Source of the DNA: an uncultured bacterium
Lineage (GTDB): Bacteria > Cyanobacteriota > Vampirovibrionia > Obscuribacterales > Obscuribacteraceae
Assembly (NCBI GenBank): GCA_913063055.1
Contig: CAJXZK010000001.1
Coordinates: forward strand, 1 to 55,864
Length of the DNA stretch: 55,864 nt
Direction of reading: 5' to 3'
This document shows, one piece after another, positions 1 to 10,179 of the stretch; position 1 is the first letter of the stretch; each line of letters starts with the position of its first letter. A model generated the notes under the pieces. The model saw nothing but the letters and a program-made list of their open reading frames with translations, was not told the origin of the DNA and did no database searches. A program made the position numbers and the translations under genes.

Positions 1-27
1 GGGCTCGGAGATGTGTATAAGAGACAG
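1..27 (+). other. Nextera adapter remnant (library artefact, contains the Tn5 mosaic end)
   Basis: GGGCTCGG+AGATGTGTATAAGAGACAG is the 3' part of the Nextera read-2 adapter. Confidence 0.98.
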
Positions 28-49
28 ATATAAGTAAGGAGATAAAACA

Positions 50-130
50 ATGGAAATTCTAATTTGCGGTGCGGCTAGTGTGGTGATGGCTCAAGTTTTA
101 ATGATTATTTTTGAAGAAAGTAAGAAATAA
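50..130 (+). CDS. Small hydrophobic peptide (26 aa), phage-like segment
   Basis: TAAGGAGA RBS, then ATG at 50; translates MEILICGAASVVMAQVLMIIFEESKK*. Confidence 0.45.
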   Translation: MEILICGAASVVMAQVLMIIFEESKK

Positions 131-133
131 GAC

Positions 134-162
134 TTGACAAACAGCAATTAACATGCTATAAT
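134..162 (+). promoter_or_regulatory. Perfect-consensus sigma70 promoter with extended -10
   Basis: TTGACA (134-139), 17-bp spacer, TGcTATAAT (TATAAT at 157-162), upstream of ORF 195. Confidence 0.85.
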
Positions 163-194
163 AGAACTATAACAACAACAACCAAGGAAACAGA

Positions 195-548
195 ATGAAG
201 ATTAGTAACCCCGAAACCCAAGCCCTTTTCGATGCCCTCGCTCGGAACACCCGCGAAATGATCGTGGTCCCGAATAGCTGGCTCCCAAAAGAATACCACC
301 ACAATCGAGACGGTGGGCGTTCCCTGCAAGAGTTGAGCGACATGGCAACCGTCAAGATGGAGACGGAAACGCAGCACCAAAAACTCAAAAGAGAGAAATC
401 AGAACGGGCAGAGAACTATAGGAAACAATGGGAAAACAGCGAAACCCCCCTTGACCACGATGAAGATTCTGATAAACTATACAGGAACCAACTGACGTTT
501 GTTGGTGTGATGATAAAAACCGGAGTAATGGAGGGATTTGATGAGTAA
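195..548 (+). CDS. Hypothetical protein, phage-like
   Basis: AAGGA RBS, follows a consensus promoter, 117 aa, no recognisable family. Confidence 0.65.
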   Translation: MKISNPETQALFDALARNTREMIVVPNSWLPKEYHHNRDGGRSLQELSDMATVKMETETQHQKLKREKSERAENYRKQWENSETPLDHDEDSDKLYRNQLTFVGVMIKTGVMEGFDE

Positions 549-720
549 TTTTAAAGTGACAATCAACAAAGAAACCGCGTGGCTTGTGACTGATAAGCGA
601 ACCGGAATGTCTAGGAAAATTTGGAATAAGAACGATGCAGAAAACTATCTCGACCAACAAGAGAACGTACAGCCCAAAACTAAGGGCCGCAAGTTTCAAG
701 CACAAAAACGAAAAGCGTAA
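538..720 (+). CDS. Small basic hypothetical protein, phage-like
   Basis: Overlaps the end of the previous ORF; GGAGGG upstream. Confidence 0.45.
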   Translation: MMSNFKVTINKETAWLVTDKRTGMSRKIWNKNDAENYLDQQENVQPKTKGRKFQAQKRKA

Positions 721-3388
721 CAATCGCCAACAACAAAAACAAAATCAATCAGCAGAGACAAAAGCCAATGAACAGGCCGATTCAGGCACGCTGGTAGCCA
801 TGGCCTCGGGCGGCAAACAACTAGGCAGCTGCCCCCTCAAGCATACTGATGTACAAGCTGAAATATCAGGCTACATCTCCAGAGTGACAGTTAAACAGGT
901 TTTCCAAAATCCATTCAAAGACAAAATCGAAGCCGTCTATACCTTCCCTCTATCAGAGAATGGCGCTGTCGACGAAATGCAAATGAAAGTTGGCGCAAGA
1001 GTGATCAAGGGCAGCATCAAAAAACGCGAAGAAGCAAGACAAATTTATGATCAAGCTCGAGCCAATGGCTATGTAGCTTCACTGCTAGATCAAGAGCGCA
1101 CCAACATTTTCACTCAATCAGTGGCCAACATTGAGCCCGGCAAAGAAATAGAAATCACAATCAAATACATAGAAACTCTTCCATATGAAGCTGGCAAATT
1201 TAGCTTCACCTTCCCAACGGTAGTGGGGCCAAGATTCATCCCCGGTGAACCGGTCGGCAAATCAGGCGGGGGCTGGGCCAATGACACTAACCAAGTTCCC
1301 GACGCCTCTCGCATTACACCAAATGTAGTGGCAGCAGGACAGCGTGCCGGTCATGATATTTCAATCAATGTTCACCTCAATGCCGGTATGCCGGTCTCGC
1401 AAATTTCCTCCAAACTACACGAAGTACAGGTACATAACACTGGCAATAGCCAGGCTGACATCAGCCTCACCGATAAAGCTACGATTCCAAACAAAGACTT
1501 TGTTCTGAGCTGGAATGTCGCTGAAGACGCGCTCAAGAGCGGCTATGTTACTTACCGTGACCCATCAGCCAAAGATGGTGCTGGATACTTTACCGTGATG
1601 TTAATTCCACCCAAGCGAATCACACCAGACAAAGTAGCGCCAAAAGAAATGGTATTTGTTATTGACTGTTCCGGCTCCCAGAGCGGTGCGCCATTGAACA
1701 AAGCCAAAGAAACTATGCACTATATCTTGGATCATATGAATGCCAATGACACCTTCCAAATCATTGCCTTCAACAGCACTCAGTCGCAATTTGCCGATAA
1801 GCCGCAGCCAGTCAGCGCTGACATGAAGGCCAAAGCCCGCCACTTCATCGACAGCCTGCAAGCCAATGGAGGCACGTGGATGGCTCCTGCCGTGGAAAAA
1901 GCTTGCGCCATTCCAGCCGACGGCAACCGTCTGCGCATTGTTACCTTCATGACTGACGGCTATGTAGGCAACGACTACGAAGTGATGGGCATGATCAAAA
2001 AGCTCAGAGGAAAATCACGTTGGTTCTCCTTTGGCACCGGCAACAGCGTCAATCGCACATTAATCGACGGCATGGCAAAAGAAGGAGGCGGCGAAGCTGA
2101 ATATGTTCTGTTGAACAGCTCAGCAGAAGAAGTAGGCAAGAAATTCTACGACCGCATTTCTACCCCAGTGCTAACCGATGTAGAAGTAAAAGTAGATGGA
2201 GTGACAACCAAAGAGGTTTATCCCAAAGAAGTCTCCGATGTTTGGGCAGAAAAACCACTCTACTTCAAAGGCAAATATATCAAAGGCGGCCAGGGCACCA
2301 TTGTGCTCAAAGGCTTTGCCGCCGGTAAACCATACGAGCAAAAAATCAATGTTCGCTTCCCCGAATCTGATACAAAAAACCGTGGTGTCGCTTCAATGTG
2401 GGCTCGCGCCAAAGTTGACAGACTGATGAGCGAAGACTGGTTCGGCGCCCAATCAGGCCAAGCCAATAAAGAAATCAAAGATGAGATAACAAATGTCGCT
2501 CTCGATCATCACATTCTCACTCAATACACCTCATTTGTTGCAGTTGACGAAAGCAAAGTAACAAAAGGAGATCCAGCAAAAACTGTCAACGTCGAAGTAG
2601 AAATGCCTGATGGTGTCTCACGGGAGGGAATATTCGGCAAAGGCAATGAGGGTAGAGCAGTTGCCATGGCTCGACCAATGGCCGCCATGCCAGCTCCGTT
2701 TATGAGTGGATCAAGAGCGAAGGGAATAGCATTCGGCTTTAGTGCTGGAGGCTCCGCTGGCGGTGGCGGAGGGCAAAGCTATGGCCAACCATCGGTTAGC
2801 CGTCGCCAAATGGCAACAAATGCTACGCAGTTCCAAATCGCAAATGCATCACCAAACGTAAATCTCAAAGCATCTCTTCCAGCTTCTGAGCACGCCTTCT
2901 ACAAAGCTCCGCACCAGCTCTCCAGCGCAGACTCTAGCAACGGTCCAACCAGCGGGTCAGTAGCAAAAGTCAGAGAGAAGAAAGAAACGGTTGATCAACT
3001 GCGGGACAGAGAAGCTGACAAGAAAGTAGCCAAAGACGATGCCGCTAAACTCAAACCAGCCAGAGAAGAAATCTTCGACACTAGCAAAATGTCTCAATCT
3101 CTAGCAGCTGGGCTTGCAAGCACGGGTAAAAACAAAAACACAACCCTGAACACCGCACGCAAAGGCGACCGATACTTGTTGGCAATAACCATCAAAGACC
3201 TCACCAGCGAAATCGAGAAAATTTTGAAAGCGCTTGGTGTGGAAATTGTATCGAAAGACGCAGCGAAGACCGATGCTCAAGGTAAGAAAACAACAGTGGT
3301 AAGAGCCTACCTCAAACTAAACAAACTAGAGGCTATAGCCAAACAAGATTTCGTTTTACATATCGACCTTGCTTCGGACCGCAAGTAG
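635..3388 (+). CDS. VIT + von Willebrand factor A domain protein (inter-alpha-trypsin-inhibitor-like); the N-terminal ~35-40 aa are probably not native
   Basis: VIT motif CPLKHTDVQAEISG...QVFQNP...IEAVYTFPL; vWA MIDAS motif FVIDCSGSQ and FMTDG; ILTQYTSFVAVD. Confidence 0.9.
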   Translation: MQKTISTNKRTYSPKLRAASFKHKNEKRNNRQQQKQNQSAETKANEQADSGTLVAMASGGKQLGSCPLKHTDVQAEISGYISRVTVKQVFQNPFKDKIEAVYTFPLSENGAVDEMQMKVGARVIKGSIKKREEARQIYDQARANGYVASLLDQERTNIFTQSVANIEPGKEIEITIKYIETLPYEAGKFSFTFPTVVGPRFIPGEPVGKSGGGWANDTNQVPDASRITPNVVAAGQRAGHDISINVHLNAGMPVSQISSKLHEVQVHNTGNSQADISLTDKATIPNKDFVLSWNVAEDALKSGYVTYRDPSAKDGAGYFTVMLIPPKRITPDKVAPKEMVFVIDCSGSQSGAPLNKAKETMHYILDHMNANDTFQIIAFNSTQSQFADKPQPVSADMKAKARHFIDSLQANGGTWMAPAVEKACAIPADGNRLRIVTFMTDGYVGNDYEVMGMIKKLRGKSRWFSFGTGNSVNRTLIDGMAKEGGGEAEYVLLNSSAEEVGKKFYDRISTPVLTDVEVKVDGVTTKEVYPKEVSDVWAEKPLYFKGKYIKGGQGTIVLKGFAAGKPYEQKINVRFPESDTKNRGVASMWARAKVDRLMSEDWFGAQSGQANKEIKDEITNVALDHHILTQYTSFVAVDESKVTKGDPAKTVNVEVEMPDGVSREGIFGKGNEGRAVAMARPMAAMPAPFMSGSRAKGIAFGFSAGGSAGGGGGQSYGQPSVSRRQMATNATQFQIANASPNVNLKASLPASEHAFYKAPHQLSSADSSNGPTSGSVAKVREKKETVDQLRDREADKKVAKDDAAKLKPAREEIFDTSKMSQSLAAGLASTGKNKNTTLNTARKGDRYLLAITIKDLTSEIEKILKALGVEIVSKDAAKTDAQGKKTTVVRAYLKLNKLEAIAKQDFVLHIDLASDRK

Positions 3389-3410
3389 AGACTGTAATCT
3401 GAAAACAAAG

Positions 3411-3435
3411 GACCGCCTGCAAAGGCGGTCTTTTT
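3411..3435 (+). terminator. Rho-independent terminator
   Basis: GACCGCC-TGCAAA-GGCGGTC followed by TTTTT. Confidence 0.8.
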
Positions 3436-3526
3436 GTTTTCAGATTACAGTGGCATTCATCAGTATTATCACGATTGCAGAGGTAGGCATCGGCAACTAA
3501 GCTTATCTGCTAAACTGGAAAAATTA

Positions 3527-5269
3527 GTGGTTAGCAAACTGATTCTCACTTTTATATCGATTGTAATCGGCATTACTGCTGCTACTTTGTATCAACAAGA
3601 CGAATGGAACAGACTGACGTCCAAGGGCGAAGAAGAATCAAGAAACGGTCAATATGATCAAGCAAAGGCTAATTTTACAGCGGCTCTGATGCTCGTTGAC
3701 AAACCCGGTGGTGATCAGTCAAAACTGATTGAGAGTCTGAGAAATCTTGCAAGCATAAATCACCACCCCTCTCAGAGAGCCTATGCAGAGTCGCTACTGA
3801 GAAGGGCTTTTCTAGTTGCCGACACCAATGAAAAAGGCAACACTTACAAGCCGCTGATACTCTGGGAACTTGCTTGGGTGCTTGACTCGCAGCAACGTAA
3901 CACTGACTGCCGAATTGCTAGACAGCAAGCGCTGGCAATATGGCTGAGCAGCCCTGGTCCTTACCCGCCAGAAGCCAGCATCTGCATGAACACAGTGGCA
4001 AAAGACTATGCAGCAATTGGCCAATACAGTGAAGCAGAACGAATCTACCAGCAATCAATGTCAAACAGAAAGGTCAATCGGCTCTGCACCTATACCGGTC
4101 CGCATGAAGATACGGCCGACATATACAACATGGCCGAGTTAGAACTCAGCCGCAAAAATTATTCTTCGGCAGCAGAGTATTTCAAACAGTTAGGTACGAT
4201 TGGCACACTGGAAGCCGGAATTGCACTAGAGAGAATTCACCCAGAATTACAGCGAGCGGCAGATATGTACTGCCGAGCCGGCAACTACAAAGCAGCAGAA
4301 GAGCTCTACATTCATGCGCTAAAAGCGCTAGAAAACGACAAATCATGCGAGCACAAGTCAGAATTTTCGTGTCTCTATAGCTTAGCGTTACTCTATGACG
4401 TCCAAGGGAAGTTCGACAAAGCAAAGCCACTCTACAAATATTGTTTTGCCCGATGCAAAAAAATAGACAAAAGATATCCCTGCTACGTACCGGAAGAATT
4501 TTCAACCATAACTACATTCCTCAATGACACCCATCAAACAGCGAAGGAAGAAGAGTTAGTTAGCCACAACTTGCAACTCTGCGAGGATGTACTCGGAAGC
4601 ACTCATATATTCACTACAATTTATTTGGGTCTTAGGGCTTCCCTGGATGAAGAGCAAGGCCGATTGAAGCAATGCCAGCAAATCAGTGAACGCATACTAA
4701 ACAATAACCAGAAGAATTACGGCCCCAATAGCGGACGAGCCTGCAACAGCCTTTATCTACTGGGCCAGCTCCACCTCAGAACGGGAAACCTGTCCGAAGC
4801 TCAGCGCTACTTAGAGCAAGCCCTTGAGCTAGACAAGAAAGGAGACAGTGACGTTAGCGACAGAGCGCACATTCGCACAGCCCTAGCCGCCCTCTACAAC
4901 AAACAAAAGAGACCAGAGAAAGTACCTCCGCTGCTAGCAGATATTCTTAAAAACGAGCTGCACATAATCGCTGTGCAAGAGGAGGAGTTTGGCGACAATT
5001 CACCACACCTAGCTATCGAACTCCAATCATGCGCCGAAATCTACTACCTAATGGGCAAGTACCCTCAGGCTCTCGGTTTAATTAAAAGAACTGCTACTCT
5101 GCAATTGAGCGACCCAAGTCTGCCGCCACAAGAGCTAGTCGAGGCACTCACATATCACGACGAGCTCTTACGAAAAATGAACTATATCGCAGAAGCTGAG
5201 GAGCTAGAATTCAAGGCAAAGAAAATAGTTGAGCAGCTGGCTTCTAAGGGCAAAACGGAGCTAAAGTAA
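3527..5269 (+). CDS. Membrane-anchored tetratricopeptide repeat protein
   Basis: N-terminal TM segment, many TPR repeats (e.g. LYSLALLYDVQGKFDKAKPLYK). GTG 3527 chosen because the track start at 3434 lies in the terminator. Confidence 0.85.
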   Translation: MVSKLILTFISIVIGITAATLYQQDEWNRLTSKGEEESRNGQYDQAKANFTAALMLVDKPGGDQSKLIESLRNLASINHHPSQRAYAESLLRRAFLVADTNEKGNTYKPLILWELAWVLDSQQRNTDCRIARQQALAIWLSSPGPYPPEASICMNTVAKDYAAIGQYSEAERIYQQSMSNRKVNRLCTYTGPHEDTADIYNMAELELSRKNYSSAAEYFKQLGTIGTLEAGIALERIHPELQRAADMYCRAGNYKAAEELYIHALKALENDKSCEHKSEFSCLYSLALLYDVQGKFDKAKPLYKYCFARCKKIDKRYPCYVPEEFSTITTFLNDTHQTAKEEELVSHNLQLCEDVLGSTHIFTTIYLGLRASLDEEQGRLKQCQQISERILNNNQKNYGPNSGRACNSLYLLGQLHLRTGNLSEAQRYLEQALELDKKGDSDVSDRAHIRTALAALYNKQKRPEKVPPLLADILKNELHIIAVQEEEFGDNSPHLAIELQSCAEIYYLMGKYPQALGLIKRTATLQLSDPSLPPQELVEALTYHDELLRKMNYIAEAEELEFKAKKIVEQLASKGKTELK

Positions 5270-5293
5270 CCGCCTGGCCACCAATGTGTCAAA

Positions 5294-6604
5294 ATGGCCT
5301 ATGTCAAATGCAGTGAAAAACTGCCCAACAGGAATCCCGTGCCCGAAGAATCGCCCTACGCAGTCCTAAAGCTACCAGACTACAGATTGCTTCTGATGAG
5401 CCGTCTGCTAGTTACGATTGCCGTTCAAATTCAAGGTATTGCCGTGGGCTGGCAGATCTACTCCATCACTAACAGCCCTCTCGCCCTTGGTCTAGCCGGG
5501 CTGACAGAAGCCATACCGGCTATCGGAGTGGCTCTCTACGCCGGCCACGTGGCTGACATTGTTGACCGCCGCAAAATCGTGCTCTGGGCCGTAGCTTCTT
5601 TGGTCGTGAGCATGGCAATTCTCACCATCTGCACATTAAGCACCCACCACAACCCAACCCTTCTAGTCTGTATATTTTCGATTATTGCCTTGTCTGGGGT
5701 ATCCCGAGGCTTCTATGGCCCGGCAATTTTCGGCATCGTCTCAGATATTGTCCCCCGACCACTCTTGGGCAACGCCGCCGCATGGAACAGCACAGTGTGG
5801 CAATCGTCAGCGGTAGCTGGCCCAATCTTAGGAGGCGTGCTCTATGCCTGGCTCCATGCGCCTTACACCTACTTGGTTTCAACAGTGATGCTGATGGCAG
5901 CTTTCGTCAGTTTCTGCCAGGTGAAGTCGCGCACAGTTATCACACCGAAGAAGTATGAAAGTGTTTTTGACAACATCAAAGAAGGCTTAGATTTTGTCTT
6001 CAAGAACCAAGTGATTCTTGGTGCCATGGCCTTAGACTTATTTGCCGTGTTATTTGGCGGGGCCGTAGCCCTGCTGCCAATTTTCGCCAAAGAGATATTT
6101 CACTGCGGTCCCGAAGTATTAGGCATGCTCAGAGCGGCACCATCAGTGGGCTCTATGGTGACAGCAATAGTACTTACGCACCGACCAATCACTCATAACT
6201 CAGGCAAGATATTCATGCTGGCGGCAGCTGGGTTTGGTGCTTGCATGATTGCCTTTGGTCTCTCAACCAATCTCTATTTATCGCTCTTGATTCTCACCAT
6301 AAGTGGTGCCTTAGATGGAATAAGCGTCTGGGTACGGAGCACAATCTTCCAACTAAAAACACCAAACGAAATGAAAGGCCGCGTCTCAGCAGTGAACAAC
6401 ATGTTCATTGGCTCATCAAATGAAATCGGCGAATTCGAATCAGGTGTCACAGCCAAGATCATGGGCTTAGTACCGTCAGTGGTATTTGGTGGAATCATGA
6501 CACTAATCGTAGTGCTTGTGACGAGCATCAAAGCCCCCAAACTAAGACGCCTGAATATCCACGAACTCTATAAAGAACAAAGCGAAGAACTTTCACAGAA
6601 GTAA
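5294..6604 (+). CDS. MFS transporter (DHA3/EntS-like exporter)
   Basis: About 12 TM segments, motif A GHVADIVDRRK, TPNEMKGRVSAV; the real start may be GTG 5339. Confidence 0.9.
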   Translation: MAYVKCSEKLPNRNPVPEESPYAVLKLPDYRLLLMSRLLVTIAVQIQGIAVGWQIYSITNSPLALGLAGLTEAIPAIGVALYAGHVADIVDRRKIVLWAVASLVVSMAILTICTLSTHHNPTLLVCIFSIIALSGVSRGFYGPAIFGIVSDIVPRPLLGNAAAWNSTVWQSSAVAGPILGGVLYAWLHAPYTYLVSTVMLMAAFVSFCQVKSRTVITPKKYESVFDNIKEGLDFVFKNQVILGAMALDLFAVLFGGAVALLPIFAKEIFHCGPEVLGMLRAAPSVGSMVTAIVLTHRPITHNSGKIFMLAAAGFGACMIAFGLSTNLYLSLLILTISGALDGISVWVRSTIFQLKTPNEMKGRVSAVNNMFIGSSNEIGEFESGVTAKIMGLVPSVVFGGIMTLIVVLVTSIKAPKLRRLNIHELYKEQSEELSQK

Positions 6605-6636
6605 AAAGTCTACGATTATGGAAGCCAACCGTGCGT

Positions 6637-7419
6637 CTACTCAAGGTGCAGGGCTGGCCTAGCGTCTTGCCGAAACTGGCTGAAGCACTCATGCAAGAAG
6701 GCTCGCGGAGTTCTTCCTAAGGCTCTCAAAGCTTCTCTATGGTCAACAACAAAGACGCCGGATATGCCAAGGAATACAGCACTCCAGAAATAATAGATAA
6801 GCCAACGAGCGAAGCGAGGGCAAGGCGACATCTCCTTGCGCATAAAACTCCAGTGAAACTTAAGGTGCGCCATTTCATCGAGCACAATGTCTGAAAAGAT
6901 AGCGCGTAAGCAGGGCTCAGGAAGTCTATCAGCACAAGCCTTATAGAAGCTTTTACCGACAATTTCTGCAGTCAAAATAATGAAAATCTCGGTCTTTAGA
7001 CCAAGCAAATGACGCATGGTGACAAAAGCATAGTCAGACCAGTGCCAAGTAATTAGATAGCCATCCATCAATTCAATAACACGCGCGAGGATCTGAGCAT
7101 GGCCGTTCTCTTCTTTTATAAATAGATCAATGCACTGTTCATAAAGAGAATCATTGAGAGTTCTGGCATATTGCCGCAAATGAGTGCCATCACCAGTTTC
7201 ACCGACCTGAAAACGCTGCAATGATTTGATAATAGGAACACGAACAGAAAATGGAATATCTAAATACTGCGGCCAAACAATTGGCAGTTTATTCTTTTTA
7301 TTGTTCTCAAAATAGGCAAGCCATTCTGCTGATGAAACGACCTTGCAGTTAAAACTGGCGTCAGCGGCCGTATTTGGAGCATCCTCTTCGGGCGGTTGGA
7401 GCAATCGCTGTGAAGTCAT
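6637..7419 (-). CDS. Ferritin-like diiron domain protein
   Basis: FQVGE, EENGH, AE, DEMAH: the paired E and ExxH diiron ligand pattern. Confidence 0.8.
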   Translation of the reverse strand: MTSQRLLQPPEEDAPNTAADASFNCKVVSSAEWLAYFENNKKNKLPIVWPQYLDIPFSVRVPIIKSLQRFQVGETGDGTHLRQYARTLNDSLYEQCIDLFIKEENGHAQILARVIELMDGYLITWHWSDYAFVTMRHLLGLKTEIFIILTAEIVGKSFYKACADRLPEPCLRAIFSDIVLDEMAHLKFHWSFMRKEMSPCPRFARWLIYYFWSAVFLGISGVFVVDHREALRALGRTPRAFLHECFSQFRQDARPALHLE

Positions 7420-7813
7420 CCTGTAATCCTCGCCATATAGGTTCGTCTACTCTTGACCATGTATCAACTTTTGAGCGCTCCATATGAGCCTAACAGACGA
7501 GGTTAGAACACGAGGTAAACAAACGAGCAGAATTGATCAGCGCAAACAAACCGGTGGTTAAGACGAAGAAGATCGATGTAAGCAACGCGATCTATTTTTG
7601 CCAGCCGCCTTAATAATTCCTATCACCGAGAAGCAAAGCCAAGACCCTGGCCAGCTTTGAACTATTAAGCAATTCAGAGCCATGATGCTTTGTGCAACAA
7701 TAACTCCAGCTTAAATTTGTAGAATTACACCGAAACTTCGTAAATACCGAGGCGGCGAATTCCCACTGCCGAGGCAAAATAGAACTCCCCCCGTTTTATA
7801 TAGAGGCCTTTGC

Positions 7814-8653
7814 GTGGACGCATCTGACTCATCAAATAGCTCGCAGGCCGATAAGGCCCGCAGCTTCTTCGGTACTGAGTGCCCTCTACAACCAGGCCCT
7901 ACCGAGCTGCCAACCTTAGATGTGGGCCGCAACACTCAGGGCTGCCAGTTCAGAGACTTCGCCCAGCCCGACACAAGCTCGGGCATGGATATCCTCGCCC
8001 TCTACAAAGAGAAGCGACCAAGCATCGTGCAGTTAAAAATGGATGGCCACAAAGATAAAGGCGGACAGTCCATACCCGAAAACTGGGGTGGAACAGCATT
8101 CATGGTAGCCACGGAAGCGAACAGCTGTCTGGCCATAACCGACAACCATGTGGTCAACGGCGTTCCCAACATTAATGGCATTCCAGATAAACGCACAGCG
8201 GTGACAAACACTGGTGAAAGTTTCGATGCAAAGGTCATTGCCACAGACAAGAGCCAAGACCTGGCACTAATTGAAATTGCGACCGGCGATAAAACAGCAG
8301 CAATTTGCAAGCCGCTAGAAATAGTCGACACAAAAATGGATCAAGCCAACGTTCCGGCAGTGGCTATAGGCCAAGCTTATACCTCCGGCGGCTTCTTTGT
8401 TGCCGAAGGAACATTCGATGGCATTAAGAAGCGCGGCGACGCAAAACCAGCGCCATCGCCTCTGCCCGGCGAAGATGCCGACAGAGATGTACAGGTTTTG
8501 ACCATGCATGTGCGCCCTGGGGTCTCCGGCGCGCCAGCGTTTGCAAAGGACGGCAAAGTGGCTGGAGTCATAGACATGGGCGGCGGGCTAGGCTTTGCCA
8601 TCAGTACGCCCATAACCAAGCAGACACTTGTTGATTTAAAGGCGAAGAAATAG
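7814..8653 (+). CDS. Trypsin-like (S1) serine protease, no PDZ and no signal peptide
   Basis: Catalytic triad motifs TDNHVV, QDLALI, PGVSGAP. Confidence 0.85.
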   Translation: MDASDSSNSSQADKARSFFGTECPLQPGPTELPTLDVGRNTQGCQFRDFAQPDTSSGMDILALYKEKRPSIVQLKMDGHKDKGGQSIPENWGGTAFMVATEANSCLAITDNHVVNGVPNINGIPDKRTAVTNTGESFDAKVIATDKSQDLALIEIATGDKTAAICKPLEIVDTKMDQANVPAVAIGQAYTSGGFFVAEGTFDGIKKRGDAKPAPSPLPGEDADRDVQVLTMHVRPGVSGAPAFAKDGKVAGVIDMGGGLGFAISTPITKQTLVDLKAKK

Positions 8654-8701
8654 GGCTGATATCTTTCGGGGTCAACTTCAACAGACAAATTGCTCGACAG
8701 C

Positions 8702-9427
8702 CTAAACTAAAAAATCAGCGTCGCTCAACTTCGGATTTAGACTGACGCGATCGAAACTCAGCTCTGTTTCAATATGCAATGACGAATGCTTGATGGTCGT
8801 GTCTTCAGGTTTCTCGTTCTTTAGCGGACTAAGGATGGCGTCAATGAATTCACCTGTTTTTGCCACGGCAGCAAAGACTTCCTTAGCAAACTCGGTGTTG
8901 ACTGGCTTTGTGGTTATCTCTATTGAATGAATGAAATAACTAATACTAGAAACAGTCAAACGCACAATACCAGCAGAGCCAAGATCACCTTCCAAGAAGA
9001 GCTTGTTCGCCTGTTCTTTCACTTGCACCAAGCGAAAACAATTACGCTTTATATACCAGAGACAATTTTCTTTGGGGTTCAGACAAAAGCGGATAAAAGC
9101 AAACATCTCTTCTGGAATACTTGCAGCCTGAAAAACAGCCCAGGCTGATGGAATACCAGTAGCACCGACAAATTTGGCGCGCTCATCATCAGGCCCTTTA
9201 ACAAAAACAGAACTGCCAACGAACTTAAACATGACGTCGCTATCCTGAAAAACCAGTACCATTTCATTTGGTTTGCGATACGAAAGCTGAAAAGCACGGC
9301 GAGTTGTCCCACTTACTTTGCTGTCAGTGAGCGAACGCCAGTCGTTGACCCAGTTTCCATACAAGACAAAGCTATCCAGATCTCGCACTACAAAAAATGA
9401 TTTCTCTAAAATATCTTGAGCGTTCAT
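8702..9427 (-). CDS. Hypothetical protein, possibly LolA-like beta fold
   Basis: 241-aa ORF coupled to the upstream ORF; starts AQDILEKS, ends NPKLSDADF. Confidence 0.6.
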   Translation of the reverse strand: MNAQDILEKSFFVVRDLDSFVLYGNWVNDWRSLTDSKVSGTTRRAFQLSYRKPNEMVLVFQDSDVMFKFVGSSVFVKGPDDERAKFVGATGIPSAWAVFQAASIPEEMFAFIRFCLNPKENCLWYIKRNCFRLVQVKEQANKLFLEGDLGSAGIVRLTVSSISYFIHSIEITTKPVNTEFAKEVFAAVAKTGEFIDAILSPLKNEKPEDTTIKHSSLHIETELSFDRVSLNPKLSDADFLV

Positions 9428-10179
9428 TAGACAGTCCGCTCCTTTGCACTATCTTTTGCGGTGTCCTTGAGCTGATGGGTCGGCAAAGCGACATAGCAAG
9501 AGAGGTATGTCTCACGCTCAAAGCAAGGTGGTTTCTTTAGAAAAGGATTCATCGGAACAAACTTAACCCAGCCAGGAAGCTTATCGACGAAAGTGCGATG
9601 ACCAAAACCAACCAAGGCATAGTCATTTTTGTCTATGACAAGAAACTGTTCACTCTTGTATATGTTTGAGCCGACCAGCCAATAATATCGATCTTCACTC
9701 CAATCGAACTTCTCTCTTAATGCTTGCACGAGCGGAATATGTGCTGTTTTCTTTGCATCTTCAAGAAGAAACCGATGGCGGCCACGATAGAGGCCTTCTT
9801 CGTCGTCACGTCCGGCAAGAAAAAACCACAGGTCCAAAAAGCTCGTATATGGCGCTGCCAAAAAGCGATTATCAAAGCTAAGGCGCTTTGGTGAATACAA
9901 TTTGCTGGCTAACTCGCCAGCCTGACGAACCAATAGATTGTTAGGCAAGAGTTTAGCGCTAAAATCGCGCGCTGGCGGAGTGCAATGGGAAGCCTCGATA
10001 GACAATTCAACCGGCGGACGAAACTCAATCGCCAAGTCAAACTTAGTCGGAGCAATGTCAGACTCGGTCTCATAAAAAACTTCGCCCACACCCTGACCAC
10101 TAAAATACTTGCCGTTTCTCAGCTGCAGCCAGGATTGCTCAATGACTTCATAGGCGTCACGTTTAGTTTTACTTTCCAA
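9427..10179 (-). CDS. Hypothetical protein
   Basis: 250-aa ORF; TAATG stop/start overlap with the next gene. Confidence 0.6.
   Translation of the reverse strand: MESKTKRDAYEVIEQSWLQLRNGKYFSGQGVGEVFYETESDIAPTKFDLAIEFRPPVELSIEASHCTPPARDFSAKLLPNNLLVRQAGELASKLYSPKRLSFDNRFLAAPYTSFLDLWFFLAGRDDEEGLYRGRHRFLLEDAKKTAHIPLVQALREKFDWSEDRYYWLVGSNIYKSEQFLVIDKNDYALVGFGHRTFVDKLPGWVKFVPMNPFLKKPPCFERETYLSCYVALPTHQLKDTAKDSAKERTV

Noticed and set aside
9..27. Inverted 19-bp Tn5 mosaic ends at both window ends, suggesting a composite transposon
   Set aside because: Both are embedded in Nextera primer sequence and there is no transposase; this is a library artefact.
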